DNA of 64,000 nt from Bacteroidales bacterium (GTDB taxonomy: Bacteria > Bacteroidota > Bacteroidia > Bacteroidales > UBA12077). The position numbers were made by a program, and so were the translations under genes. Numbering within the stretch: the stretch's first letter is position 1; every line of letters begins with the position of its first letter. The DNA lies in contig DMBU01000154.1 of assembly GCA_003446015.1 (NCBI GenBank), forward strand, positions 11,336 to 75,335. Reading direction: 5' to 3'. Positions 40,917 to 51,300 of the stretch are shown in pieces. The notes beneath the pieces were generated by a model. It saw only the letters and a list, made by a program, of their open reading frames with translations. It was not told the origin of the DNA and did not search any database.

Positions 40917-42155
40917 ATGGATCCAACTGCAAAAGCATCGATAAACAGGTTAAAGCTTTCAACATTTAAGCTGAATACCCTGTTAACGATTACAAAAGCA
41001 ATTAATGCAAACCTCTCAACAGAGGAATTGCTTACACGATATGAAACAATTCTGCGCGAAGATCTGAATATTGGTAAAATACTGATTTTCAAATACGAAA
41101 AAGAATGGAATTTAATTTTAAGTTCAGGTTGCTCCAAAGAGATTATTAAAAGAATCAATGTAGAGGACGATTTACTTGGCCACGATGAAATTTCGTTTAT
41201 TACAGCATCTCCTAATCCTACACTCAGGGTTTTCGATAATATTATACCTGTTGTAAATAATAATGTTCCCATTGCATTTGTTTTAATTGGCGATATCGAC
41301 GAAGAAAAAGAAGGTGTTAGTCCAACCATTAAGCACCTTCATTTTATTCAAACACTTTCGAACATTATTATGGTTGCCATTGAGAACATCCGTTTGTATA
41401 ACGATTCTCTGAAGCAGGAAGCTATGAAAAAAGAGCTTGAGCTGGCTTCTAAAATGCAGTCCATGCTTATACCCGACAGATCGGTTTTACCGAACAATGA
41501 CAAAATATTGGTATCAACGTTTTATCATCCGCATCAAGAAGTTGGTGGAGATTATTACGATTTTATTCAGCTCAATAAAGACGAGTTTGGTTTTTGTATT
41601 GCCGATGTTTCAGGTAAAGGAATTTCAGCTGCCTTATTAATGTCGAATTTCCAAGCCAATTTGCGAGCGCTTTTCACCATGGAAATGCCTTTACTCGAAA
41701 TTATTAAGAAACTTAACGAAAGGGTCATGGCTAGTGCAAAGGGTGAAAAATTCATTACTCTTTTTATTGCCAAATACAGTTATAAAACCCGAATATTGGA
41801 ATATGTAAATGCAGGACATAATCCTCCCTTATTTTATAATATAGAAAAAAAGGAAATGCTTTTCCTTCGAGAAGGATGTGTTGGTATGGGTATGCTTGAT
41901 GAAATACCTACTTTAAATTCAGGAAGTCTGAAAATAGAACAAAAATCAAAATTATTTTGCTATACCGATGGATTGGTTGAGCTGGTCGATGAAAAAGGTG
42001 TTACTTTCGGCACAAAACAAATAGAAAAGAACCTTGCCAACGAAAAGGATATTGATCATAACATTAGTAACATTGTTAAACAACAAAAAGTACTGGAAGA
42101 CAATGCTGCTATTTTCGACGATATTTCTATTATTGGGATAGAATTTTATTCCTAA
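40917..42155 (+). CDS. PP2C/SpoIIE (RsbU-like) serine phosphatase with N-terminal GAF-like region
   Basis: VGGDYYDF, IADVSGKGISAALLM, NAGHNPP, YTDGL, DDIS. Confidence 0.92.
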   Translation: MDPTAKASINRLKLSTFKLNTLLTITKAINANLSTEELLTRYETILREDLNIGKILIFKYEKEWNLILSSGCSKEIIKRINVEDDLLGHDEISFITASPNPTLRVFDNIIPVVNNNVPIAFVLIGDIDEEKEGVSPTIKHLHFIQTLSNIIMVAIENIRLYNDSLKQEAMKKELELASKMQSMLIPDRSVLPNNDKILVSTFYHPHQEVGGDYYDFIQLNKDEFGFCIADVSGKGISAALLMSNFQANLRALFTMEMPLLEIIKKLNERVMASAKGEKFITLFIAKYSYKTRILEYVNAGHNPPLFYNIEKKEMLFLREGCVGMGMLDEIPTLNSGSLKIEQKSKLFCYTDGLVELVDEKGVTFGTKQIEKNLANEKDIDHNISNIVKQQKVLEDNAAIFDDISIIGIEFYS

Positions 42156-42174
42156 ATAATATTTAAATATAGAG

Positions 42175-42202
42175 AGGCCTAACAGATTTTTTTGTTAGGC
42201 CT
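42175..42202. repeat. Inverted repeat AGGCCTAACA/TGTTAGGCCT, possible terminator
   Basis: 10-bp stem with 8-nt loop between convergent genes. Confidence 0.6.
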
Positions 42203-42218
42203 TATGGTTTCATAATAA

Positions 42219-42251
42219 AACCCTGCGAGCGTTTTAAACGCTCGCAGGGTT
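42219..42251. repeat. REP-like near-perfect palindrome AACCCTGCGAGCGTTT-T-AAACGCTCGCAGGGTT
   Basis: 16-bp arms with 1-nt centre, GC-rich against an AT-rich background. Confidence 0.75.
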
Positions 42252-42271
42252 AATTTTACTGATATATTAAT

Positions 42272-42616
42272 TTAGCTCCAGATTCTGTTTTTATTAATTT
42301 CTTCTTTATTCCTAAATGCGTTTTCCAAATTTATATTGTATCTGTTAGCAATTGAGCAAACATAAATTAAAATATCAGCTAACTCTTCTTCAACGGTAGT
42401 TATTTTCGAATTTTTCTTATCAATACTAATTGCCTCCATTTTACGAACTGCTTTAAATAATTCGCCAATTTCTTCACCTAAAAGAAGGCATTTTTGAAGA
42501 ACACCCTGTTTTTCAAAACCACGTTCAAGTTCTAACTCTTTAACATATTCCTGAAAATCTTTTAAAGTTGGATTTTCTTTTAGAAGCAATTTGCTTTTAC
42601 TCATGAATGTTATCAC
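42272..42616 (-). CDS. MazG-like NTP pyrophosphohydrolase (dCTPP1/RS21-C6-like)
   Basis: LGEEIGELFKAVR...EEELADILIY...KEEINKNR. Confidence 0.88.
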   Translation of the reverse strand: MITFMSKSKLLLKENPTLKDFQEYVKELELERGFEKQGVLQKCLLLGEEIGELFKAVRKMEAISIDKKNSKITTVEEELADILIYVCSIANRYNINLENAFRNKEEINKNRIWS

Positions 42617-42650
42617 CTTTTATTATTGTCAACATTTTGTTATGAAGTAA

Positions 42651-43355
42651 TTATCTAAACCAATTCCACTGCACTTTCCAGTAAATAATTGGCGCTATGG
42701 CGTTTAGGTCTGAATAACCATCATTAAACCAGGTATATGAAATTCCAGGTCCAAGTTCGAATGTAAAGGATTTTTTGTAATTGAACTTTTTGAAACTTTC
42801 ATGAATCCATCCACCTCCAAAAAACAAGGCTTCATAACCACCTGTTCCTGCTCCTGCGTTTAAGGTTATCCCATTAAGTTTCACTTTCTGGCTTGTTGAT
42901 TTAAATTTTTTCTTAAAATAAAAATTCGTGCCTAAACCTAAAACAATTGAATGTTCAAAGTAAGTTTTTGTATTTCCCCAATAATTTTCTACACTTATCA
43001 TGCTGGGCCGATAATTCAGACTCATTTCAAAAGCAAATTTATCTGATGCATGAAATCGAATAGGGAGCCCTAAAAGACCACCAGTTCCAATTGAAAAACC
43101 ATACGAAAAATTGCTCCCATATTCATCTAAATTAAAATTATATTCTCTTAAAATTTGCTCAATATCTTGATTTAAATAAGAATAAAGCTGACCATCATCT
43201 GTTTTAATTATAGTCTCACTGCCAGGCTCTTGTTTTATAATAATACCCTTGATTACAGAACCATTTTTTAAATAGATAACATCTTGAAAATCTTGTGAAA
43301 ATGCAGATGTAAAAACAATTACACCAAAAATTAGCAATAATATTTTTTTCATCAA
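42651..43355 (-). CDS. Hypothetical exported protein, probable small outer-membrane beta-barrel with N-terminal DVIYLKNGS domain
   Basis: Signal peptide; DVIYLKNGSVIKGII; alternating beta strands ending WKVQWNWFR. Confidence 0.55.
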   Translation of the reverse strand: MMKKILLLIFGVIVFTSAFSQDFQDVIYLKNGSVIKGIIIKQEPGSETIIKTDDGQLYSYLNQDIEQILREYNFNLDEYGSNFSYGFSIGTGGLLGLPIRFHASDKFAFEMSLNYRPSMISVENYWGNTKTYFEHSIVLGLGTNFYFKKKFKSTSQKVKLNGITLNAGAGTGGYEALFFGGGWIHESFKKFNYKKSFTFELGPGISYTWFNDGYSDLNAIAPIIYWKVQWNWFR

Positions 43356-43430
43356 TTAATAAGGTTAATAATACAATATAATTAGGATTATGAAGATAAG
43401 CAAAAAGCGTTAAAACATTAAGTATTTAAT

Positions 43431-43462
43431 AAAAAACCTCCAACATTATTTGTTGAAGGTTT
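43431..43462 (-). terminator. Intrinsic terminator of the polyamine operon
   Basis: AAACCTCCAACA/TGTTGAAGGTTT stem (one G-U pair on the minus strand) ending in a U tract. Confidence 0.65.
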
Positions 43463-43487
43463 CAGACTTATGATTTTTAATAAACTT

Positions 43488-44462
43488 TTACCAATTTAAC
43501 AACCATGCAAAAATAAGCGGTGCTACAATGGTTGCATCCGATTCAACAATGAATTTAGGTGTATCAATATCTAATTTCCCCCAGGTAATTTTTTCGTTTG
43601 GAACAGCTCCTGAGTATGATCCGTAACTTGTTGTAGAATCAGAAATCTGGCAGAAATAGCTCCAGAACGGAATGTTATGCATCTCCATATCCTGATATAA
43701 CATTGGAACAACACAAATTGGAAAATCGCCGGCAATACCACCACCAATCTGGAAAAACCCAACGCCTTTACCTCCTGAGTTTTTGATGTACCAGTCGGCT
43801 AAAGTTGTCATGTATTCAATGCCCGATTTCATGGTCGATGGTTTCAGTTCTCCCTTAATGCAATAGGATGCAAAAATATTACCCATGGTACTATCTTCCC
43901 AACCCGGAACAATAATTGGCAGGTTCTTTTCAGCTGCGGCAATCATCCATGAGTTTTTAGGATCAATTTCATAGTATTGTTCCAATACTCCTGAAAGAAT
44001 CATTTTATACATATATTCATGTGGGAAATAACGTTCGCCTTTTGTTTCAGCATCTTTCCAGATTTCATAAATGTGTTTTTGCAATCTTCGGAAAGCTTCT
44101 TCTTCAGGAATACAGGTATCGGTAACCCGATTGAGTCCTTTTTCAAGAAGTTCCCATTCCTGTGTAGGGGTTAAATCGCGGTAATGAGGTACTCGTTTGT
44201 AATGCGAATGTGCAACCAGGTTCATTAAATCTTCTTCAAGATTTGCTCCGGTACACGAAATGATCTGAACTTTATCCTGACGAATCATTTCAGCAAGACT
44301 TTTACCTAACTCTCCGGTACTCATTGCTCCGGCGAGTGTAATCATCATTTTTCCACCTTCGGCTAAGTGTTTTTCATAACCCATGGCAGCATCTTTTAAT
44401 GCAGCAGCATTAAAGTGTAAAAAATGATCTTCAATAAATTTTGATATTGTATTTCTTTCCAT
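43488..44462 (-). CDS. Deoxyhypusine synthase-like protein (probable homospermidine synthase)
   Basis: LAGAMST, SCTGANLEED, QIGGGIAGD, GSYSGAVPNEKITWGK (catalytic Lys), ESDATIVAP. Confidence 0.9.
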   Translation of the reverse strand: MERNTISKFIEDHFLHFNAAALKDAAMGYEKHLAEGGKMMITLAGAMSTGELGKSLAEMIRQDKVQIISCTGANLEEDLMNLVAHSHYKRVPHYRDLTPTQEWELLEKGLNRVTDTCIPEEEAFRRLQKHIYEIWKDAETKGERYFPHEYMYKMILSGVLEQYYEIDPKNSWMIAAAEKNLPIIVPGWEDSTMGNIFASYCIKGELKPSTMKSGIEYMTTLADWYIKNSGGKGVGFFQIGGGIAGDFPICVVPMLYQDMEMHNIPFWSYFCQISDSTTSYGSYSGAVPNEKITWGKLDIDTPKFIVESDATIVAPLIFAWLLNW

Positions 44463-44491
44463 GATATTTTTATTTATATAATTTTTAAAAT

Positions 44492-44558
44492 CACCACTTA
44501 GACACTAAGTTCAATTAGTTTAAATAATCTAAGAGTTGTCTGAGGGTTCTTTGTGGTT
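44492..44558. repeat. Degenerate inverted-repeat element between speB and the DHS-like gene
   Basis: Left CACCACTTAGACACTAAG and right ...GGTTCTTTGTGGTT are imperfectly complementary. Confidence 0.4.
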
Positions 44559-44567
44559 AAATATTTT

Positions 44568-45413
44568 TTATTTATTAAAAACTAAACTTAATATTTTATA
44601 ATACAATTTAGCTGCAAGAAAATCCGGTCCTTTATTTGCTTTATTAGGACAAAGTTCCATGATATCGAATCCAACAACTTTGTTATTATCAATTACTAAT
44701 TTAATAAAATCAACTACCTGATACCAGGTTAATCCTCCGGGTTCGGGAGTTCCTGTCGATGGCATGATTGAAGGATCAAAAACATCTAAATCGATAGTAA
44801 TAAATACATTCCCGCTTATTTTTTTTAGTACATCATTCATCCAGTTTGGATTTGAATGAATATCAGTTGCGAAAAAACATTTTTCTTTTTTTAAAAATGG
44901 TTTTTCTACACTATCCATACTTCTTATACCCACCTGGACAAGATTTGTTGTATGTTGAGCTTCATGCACAGCACATGCATGATTGCATTTTGATCCATCA
45001 TATTCGGGTCGCAAATCGGAGTGAGCATCAAATTGAAGAACTGTAAGGTTTTTAAAATTTTCGCGAAAAGCACGAATTGATCCAATACTAACTGAATGTT
45101 CGCCACCAAAGAGGGTTACAAACTTGCCCTTTTTTATATATTCTGAAGCAGTTTTATGTACTGCTTCAACCATTTTTTCAGGAGAACTATTTTCTGTAAC
45201 AGGATCAGCTAAAAACACACCCTGTTTATAAACTTCTGAATCGGTTTCAATGTCATAAATTTCCATATTCTCCGATGCTTCTAAAAATGCTTCAGGTCCT
45301 TTGTCGGCACCCTTAATCCATGTACTTGTTCCATCATATGGTACAGGAATTAATACAATTTTAGATGATTCGAACATTGCATATTCGTCAGGAATTCCGG
45401 CGTAATTCTTCAT
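44568..45413 (-). CDS. speB: Agmatinase
   Basis: GGEHS, FDAHSD, IDLDVFDP, TGTPEPGG ureohydrolase motifs. Confidence 0.93.
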   Translation of the reverse strand: MKNYAGIPDEYAMFESSKIVLIPVPYDGTSTWIKGADKGPEAFLEASENMEIYDIETDSEVYKQGVFLADPVTENSSPEKMVEAVHKTASEYIKKGKFVTLFGGEHSVSIGSIRAFRENFKNLTVLQFDAHSDLRPEYDGSKCNHACAVHEAQHTTNLVQVGIRSMDSVEKPFLKKEKCFFATDIHSNPNWMNDVLKKISGNVFITIDLDVFDPSIMPSTGTPEPGGLTWYQVVDFIKLVIDNNKVVGFDIMELCPNKANKGPDFLAAKLYYKILSLVFNK

Positions 45414-45445
45414 AACTGTTTTAAAAAAAGATCTAAGTATTTTGT

Positions 45446-46840
45446 TTATTCATATCCAAGGATTTTTAAAAAATCCTGCGGTTTTTGTTCCTTGGTAAAG
45501 AGTCTTGTTGTGAACTTTCCCCTTGCACCCTTATCAATAATAATATGCTTTGGACTCGGAATTAGGCAATGTTGCAATCCTCCGTATCCGCCTAATGTAT
45601 CCTGATAAGCTCCTGTATTAAAAAACCCAATGTATTGTGTATCGTTTGGATTGTACTTAGGTAAATAAATAGCATTGCTATGTTGCTCTGAATTATAATA
45701 ATCGTCGCTATCGCAGGTTAATCCACCAAGAAAAACTCTTTCATAGGTATTGTACCATCGATTAATTGGAAGCATGATAAATCGCTTATTTATTGCCCAG
45801 CTGTCGGGTAAAGTAGTCATGAATGAGCTGTCGATCATATTCCATGCTTCACGATCATTCTGTTTTTTTTGTCCTAAAACAGAATAAATAATACCACCAC
45901 TCTCACCAACTGTAAATGATCCGAATTCAGTAAAGATATTTGGTTCTTTCAGGTTATTTGCTTCGCAAAATAGTTTGATTTGAGATATTATTTCGTCAAC
46001 CATGTATTCGTAATCATAATCGAACGAAAGTGAATTTTTTATTGGGAAACCACCTCCTATATTTAAAGAATCGAGTTCGGGACAAACTTTTTTTAACTCA
46101 CCATATACGTTTAAACATTTAACTAATTCACTCCAATAATAGGCATTATCTTTAATACCCGTATTTATAAAGAAGTGTAACATTTTAAGCTTAATGTTCG
46201 GATTCTCCTTGATGTTTTTAAGGTAAAAATTAACAATGTTTCTGTACCCTATACCAAGACGTGAAGTATAAAATTCGAATTTAGGTTCTTCTTCGGAAGC
46301 AATTCGGATACCAACTTCAAAAGGCACTTCGATTAATTCTTCGAGGCGATCCAGCTCTTTATAATTATCAATAACAGGGATTGTATTTTTAAATCCGTTG
46401 TTTATTAATCGGGCAATATTCTCAACATAAGCGTCGCGCTTAAATCCATTACAAATGATATATGTTGATTTTGTTATTTTCTTTTCTTTGAAAAGCTTCT
46501 CAACTATATTAATATCATATGCCGATGAAGTTTCGATATGAATATCATTCTTAAGAGCTTCGTGTAAAACATGCTTAAAATGTGAACTTTTAGTACAATA
46601 GCAATAATAATATTTGCTTCTGTAATTCACTTTTTTCATTGCACTTTTAAACCAGGATTTGGCTCTTTGAATTTGATTTGAAATTTGAGGTAGGTAAGTA
46701 AATTTTAAAGGTGTACCGTACTTTTCTATGATATCCATTAGCGGAATTTTGTGAAAGAGAAGATTGTCATCATCTAAATCAAACTCCCTTTGAGGAAAGT
46801 CGAAAGTCTGTTCAATTAGGTCAAGGTATTTAATTTTCAT
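45446..46840 (-). CDS. speA: Arginine decarboxylase (short alanine-racemase-fold type)
   Basis: YCTKSSH (PLP Lys), LHFF, NIGGGFP, TEFG, TCDSDD, TGAYQ; operonic with agmatinase. Confidence 0.85.
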   Translation of the reverse strand: MKIKYLDLIEQTFDFPQREFDLDDDNLLFHKIPLMDIIEKYGTPLKFTYLPQISNQIQRAKSWFKSAMKKVNYRSKYYYCYCTKSSHFKHVLHEALKNDIHIETSSAYDINIVEKLFKEKKITKSTYIICNGFKRDAYVENIARLINNGFKNTIPVIDNYKELDRLEELIEVPFEVGIRIASEEEPKFEFYTSRLGIGYRNIVNFYLKNIKENPNIKLKMLHFFINTGIKDNAYYWSELVKCLNVYGELKKVCPELDSLNIGGGFPIKNSLSFDYDYEYMVDEIISQIKLFCEANNLKEPNIFTEFGSFTVGESGGIIYSVLGQKKQNDREAWNMIDSSFMTTLPDSWAINKRFIMLPINRWYNTYERVFLGGLTCDSDDYYNSEQHSNAIYLPKYNPNDTQYIGFFNTGAYQDTLGGYGGLQHCLIPSPKHIIIDKGARGKFTTRLFTKEQKPQDFLKILGYE

Positions 46841-46943
46841 TCATATAATATATAACTTGGTTTTAAGAAATGCAAATTAAGTAATTTTTATAAAAAAAAG
46901 TCTTTTTAAAGTAGGCAATCTTTTATAAAAAATAAATAAAAAT

Positions 46944-46969
46944 AAAAAAGCCGCAGCAGGGGCGACTTT
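46944..46969 (-). terminator. Intrinsic terminator after the SPOR gene
   Basis: Minus strand reads AAAGUCGC-loop-GCGGCUUUUUU. Confidence 0.65.
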
Positions 46970-46991
46970 AAGTTCTGTTTTATGAGGAGAA

Positions 46992-48140
46992 TTAGTAGTA
47001 TAAAATCCAGGCTTGTAATCCTTTCTCTTGTGCAAGGAACTTGTATTCGGCAATAGCTTTATTCTTTTCGGTAAAAGAGTTAAAGCTTACTGCATGCATT
47101 CCATTCCGTTCTGCTAATTTTTCAGCGTTATATCCTTCTGCTTTCAGCTTGTTCATGTATGAAATGGCATATTTTTCGTTTTTAAAACTACCTGCAATGA
47201 TGTAATATTTTTTTTGTGGTGGAACTGGTTTCTGTACTTCTTTGGCTACAGGCTTTTTTGCTTCTTCTTTTGTTGTTGGCGCTGTTTCAGGTTTTGCTTT
47301 TGCTGTGGTTTTTTTGGCAGTAGTTGTTTTCTTTTTCTGACTTACTTTTTCTGTTTTTGCTTTTTCCTTATTAAAAACTTTTTTAACAGTGCTGAAATTT
47401 AAAAGAGCCCAAATAAATATCGCTGCAACAGGCAATCCAATTGCAATTGACCATATTAATCCTTTATTCATTGATTTTTTTTCTTTTTTATAACTGTATA
47501 TTGATTTGCCTGGTTCTACAATAATTGTTGATTTTGTTTCCTCTTTAACCACAGTTTCAGGAGTTTTCCCGCCTGCCTGATGGGCAGGTTCCTCATCTTT
47601 AAATTCTTCTAAAACAATTTCTTTTTTAGATTCTTTTTTAACTTCGGTGATACTGGTTTTTTCTTCGGCTTTAGGTTCTTCTTTTGCTACTGGCTTAGTT
47701 TCTTTTTCTTCAGTGGATTTTTTAGTGGTTTTTCGGGCTATTGGTTTTTCTTCTGCTTTTTTATCCTCTTTGCTAGTTTTTGTTTCTTCTATAATAGCAG
47801 GTGTAAATTGAACTTTACCCTGTTTGTCGGCTACAAACTCACCAAAATCAGCAATTACAAATGGTTTTTCATTATCAAGCTCTTTTTTAACACGATCAAT
47901 GAATTCTGTAATTTTTTGGGCAGCTTGCTCTTTCGTAATATTTTCTTTTTTGATGATATATTTCTCAAGAAGTTCATCATTAAATTTTAGAAAGGGGCTA
48001 AAATAAATATCTTTCAGTTTTTCTTTAAGTGTATTCGCGTCCTTACTTTTTGAAGTAGCTCTTACCAAAAATGCTCCAAAGTTTGGAACAATAACCCTGT
48101 TGTTTGTGGCAAGTAATTCCTGAATGTAGGTTGCGATCAT
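46992..48140 (-). CDS. HU/CCDC81-like N-terminal domain, TM and SPOR domain protein
   Basis: IQELLATNNRVIVPNFGAF...LKFND; Lys/Glu/Thr-rich linker; one TM; YYIIAGSF...AWIL SPOR domain. Confidence 0.85.
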   Translation of the reverse strand: MIATYIQELLATNNRVIVPNFGAFLVRATSKSKDANTLKEKLKDIYFSPFLKFNDELLEKYIIKKENITKEQAAQKITEFIDRVKKELDNEKPFVIADFGEFVADKQGKVQFTPAIIEETKTSKEDKKAEEKPIARKTTKKSTEEKETKPVAKEEPKAEEKTSITEVKKESKKEIVLEEFKDEEPAHQAGGKTPETVVKEETKSTIIVEPGKSIYSYKKEKKSMNKGLIWSIAIGLPVAAIFIWALLNFSTVKKVFNKEKAKTEKVSQKKKTTTAKKTTAKAKPETAPTTKEEAKKPVAKEVQKPVPPQKKYYIIAGSFKNEKYAISYMNKLKAEGYNAEKLAERNGMHAVSFNSFTEKNKAIAEYKFLAQEKGLQAWILYY

Positions 48141-48303
48141 GACATTTGTTTTTTGTTAGCATTAATTTTATAAATGTAAATAATTACATTAAAAATCAAA
48201 ATAAATATTAGTATTTACTTACATCTGAACAAATGTAATAAAAAATTAAGAGATTCAATTACAGCTTAATACTGAAATTGATGAAATAAGGAAATAAAGT
48301 CAG

Positions 48304-51300
48304 CTAATTCTTTAAAAAAGCTTTATGTATTGTGGAAAGTAAATCTTCAATTTTAATAGGTTTTGAGATGTAATTATCAAAACCTGCGTTTAAACATTTC
48401 TGGCGATCATTATCGTGAGCATATGCTGTTTGACCAATAATTTGAAGATTTTGTCTGTGTTCTTTTATTTTTTGAGTTGCCTCAAATCCATTCATAATTG
48501 GCATTTTAATATCCATAAGAACGAGATCAATATTGTCGTTTTTTAAACATAAATCAACCGCTTCTTTACCATCTTTTGCCCAAAGAATTTTAGCTTTTGT
48601 AGGAGAAAGAATTTCTTCGATTAGTTTATAATTTACATCAATATCATCGGCAATAAGAACCACCTTGTTTTGCCAGTCGAATGTGTTTACAAGTTTTACA
48701 CTTGTATCTTCAACAGTTGATTCAGCTGTTTCGAAAGGTAATGTAAAATAAATATTTGTACCTTGATTTGGAGTTGACTGAACCCAGATTTCTCCACCTA
48801 AATGACCAACTATTTTTTTGGCAATGGTTAATCCTATTCCTGTTCCTCCATATTCGCGGGTAAACGATTCATCGGCTTGTCGAAAAAGATCGTAAATCAT
48901 ATCAAATTTTTCATTTGAGATGCCTATACCCGAATCAATCACATAAAATTGAATTTTATTCTGATCTTTAATAATGGTATAACCAAACTCAACAAAGCCT
49001 TTTGTTGTAAATTTTATGGCATTCTCGATTAAATTATAAAGGATTTGTTTCAATCTTACCGGATCTGTAACAATTGAAAAATCTTTTATTCGCGATCCCT
49101 TATTCATTGAAAGATGAATGTCTTTTTTGGTATCGTTTTCAATTTGAATACTAAAAGATACATAAAGGTCAAGAAGGAGCTTATTTAAAAAACATTCTGT
49201 TTTATTCAGTTGAAAATCTCCTGCCTGTATTTTTGAAATATCAATTACATCATCAATAAGTTTGAGAAGGTTTTGACTATTATCGTTAATCAGGTTGTTT
49301 AATTTAACCTTATCGTCATAAGCCATTTCTTCATCGAGCAATAAGTTTGAAAATCCAATAATTGCATTCATTGGCGTTCTTATCTCATGCGATAAGTTTG
49401 CAAGAAAAGCAGTTTTTAAACGGTTCGATTCTTCTGCTTTTTCTTTTGCATCAATTAACTCTTTTTCGGTTTTTTTCCTTGATGTGATATCTTCTGAGAT
49501 AACAACAAAGTGGGTTATTTCAAACTTGTTATTAATAACAGGAGAGATGGATGCCAATTCCCAATATCTTTCACCGTTTTTCTTAATGTTTTGGAACTCA
49601 CCCTGCCAATCATTCCCCTCTATAACGGTTTTAATAATATCATTAAAAACATTATTTGAGTTAGAATCAGAATGTAAGATGCTGATTTCTTTTCCAAGAA
49701 CATCTTCAGGTAAGTAGCCTGTAATTTGAGTAAAACTTGGATTTACAATTTCAACCTTCCCTTCTAAGTCAGTAATGACAACGCATGCAGGTGAATGTTG
49801 AATTGCATTCGACAGGATTTTAAGCTCGTATTCAGTCTTTTTCTTTTGAGTAATATCAATGGAAACACCTCCTATTTGCCAGGTGTTATCTGCTGCTCTG
49901 AATCTAAATTTATGTGTTTGATACGACTTTAATTCACCCAATTTATTTGGAAGATTGTCCTCAACAACTAATAATTCTCCATTTAAAACTCGTTTATCTT
50001 CTTCAATTACACGATTAGCATATTCTTCAGGGAAAATTTCTTCAGGAGTTTTGTTCTGGCAATCGGTATTTGAATAGATATTATCCATAAATTTATTTAA
50101 ATATACCGATTTTAGCTCTTCGTCTTTAATAAATACACCTAGAGGAAGATTATCCATAAAAATGGAAAATTGTTGTTCTGTTCTTAATAGAGCTTCTTCA
50201 ACTTCTACTCGCTTTGAGATATCCTTAAAATCTTCAATTATTCCAAGAATTTCTCCATTTTGACCTTTAAATGCTACAGAATTCAAAATCCCCGGAATTA
50301 TTTTCCCGTTTTTGTTCTTTTTCTTTATGTCTTGTTCAACACGATCTTCGCCATTTTTAACTTGATTTAATGGACATTCTGCTGTATGACAGTAAGGGCC
50401 GGGGAAAATGTTAAAACACTTTTTGCCTTCAGCATCTTCTTTGCTAATTCCCGACATCATTGTAAATGCTCTGTTCACACGCAAAATATTAAAATCAGTG
50501 TCGATTAAGCGCATACTATTTCCAGTGGTGTTGAAAATCTGATTTAATTCGGCATTGGCATTGACAATCTCTTTCGTTTTTTGGGCCAGTCTTTTATCAA
50601 GAGAATCCTGTAAATTAAATACTTTTTGAATTAAGGTATTGAACGAAAAATGCAAAATTATATAGGTGGACAAAAGGATTAGAAAAATGATAATGATTGA
50701 TTTATACAGAACGGCCAGATATTGATTTTGAAGAACTGTAATGTCGCGTGCAAAAACAACTCCATCAAGTCCCTCATTATGAAAACTGGTTTCCGTATTT
50801 ATAATATTCAAATAGTAGTACTTATCATTAAATTCAAATTTACCCGGAACTAAAGATTTGTTTTCCACTACTTTGGCAATAATTTCGTCATTATTCGGCG
50901 AATGAATAATATATTTATTATCGATAACGGTTGATCCAAATTCATTAAGAATATTTTGATCCAGCGTTGATGTATTAAACAATCCTGCAATATTAATGTC
51001 GTAGTTTCTTGCTAAAAAGGTAATAATTTCATTTTCACGAATAGCAAATTCTATACATCCAACGTACTGTCCTTCAAATACAATAGGCTCTGCAATTTTA
51101 TAATACAATAGAGAATTTACAAATTCAAAACCGGTTTTTTTTCTTTTTTCTTGATTGGCTTCAAAAACAATGGAATTCTTTGGAGCTGTTTTTTGACTAT
51201 TTCCATAACCGGTTTCCATATTTAAGGCTAAAGAATTTTCCTTCGTGTAAAAATTAACAACAAAATGATACGGATCTTCAGACTTGAGTATAGTATAAAA

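Noticed and set aside
47214-47790. Low-complexity T-rich stretch
   Set aside because: Encodes the Lys/Glu/Thr-rich linkers of the SPOR protein; not a DNA repeat element.
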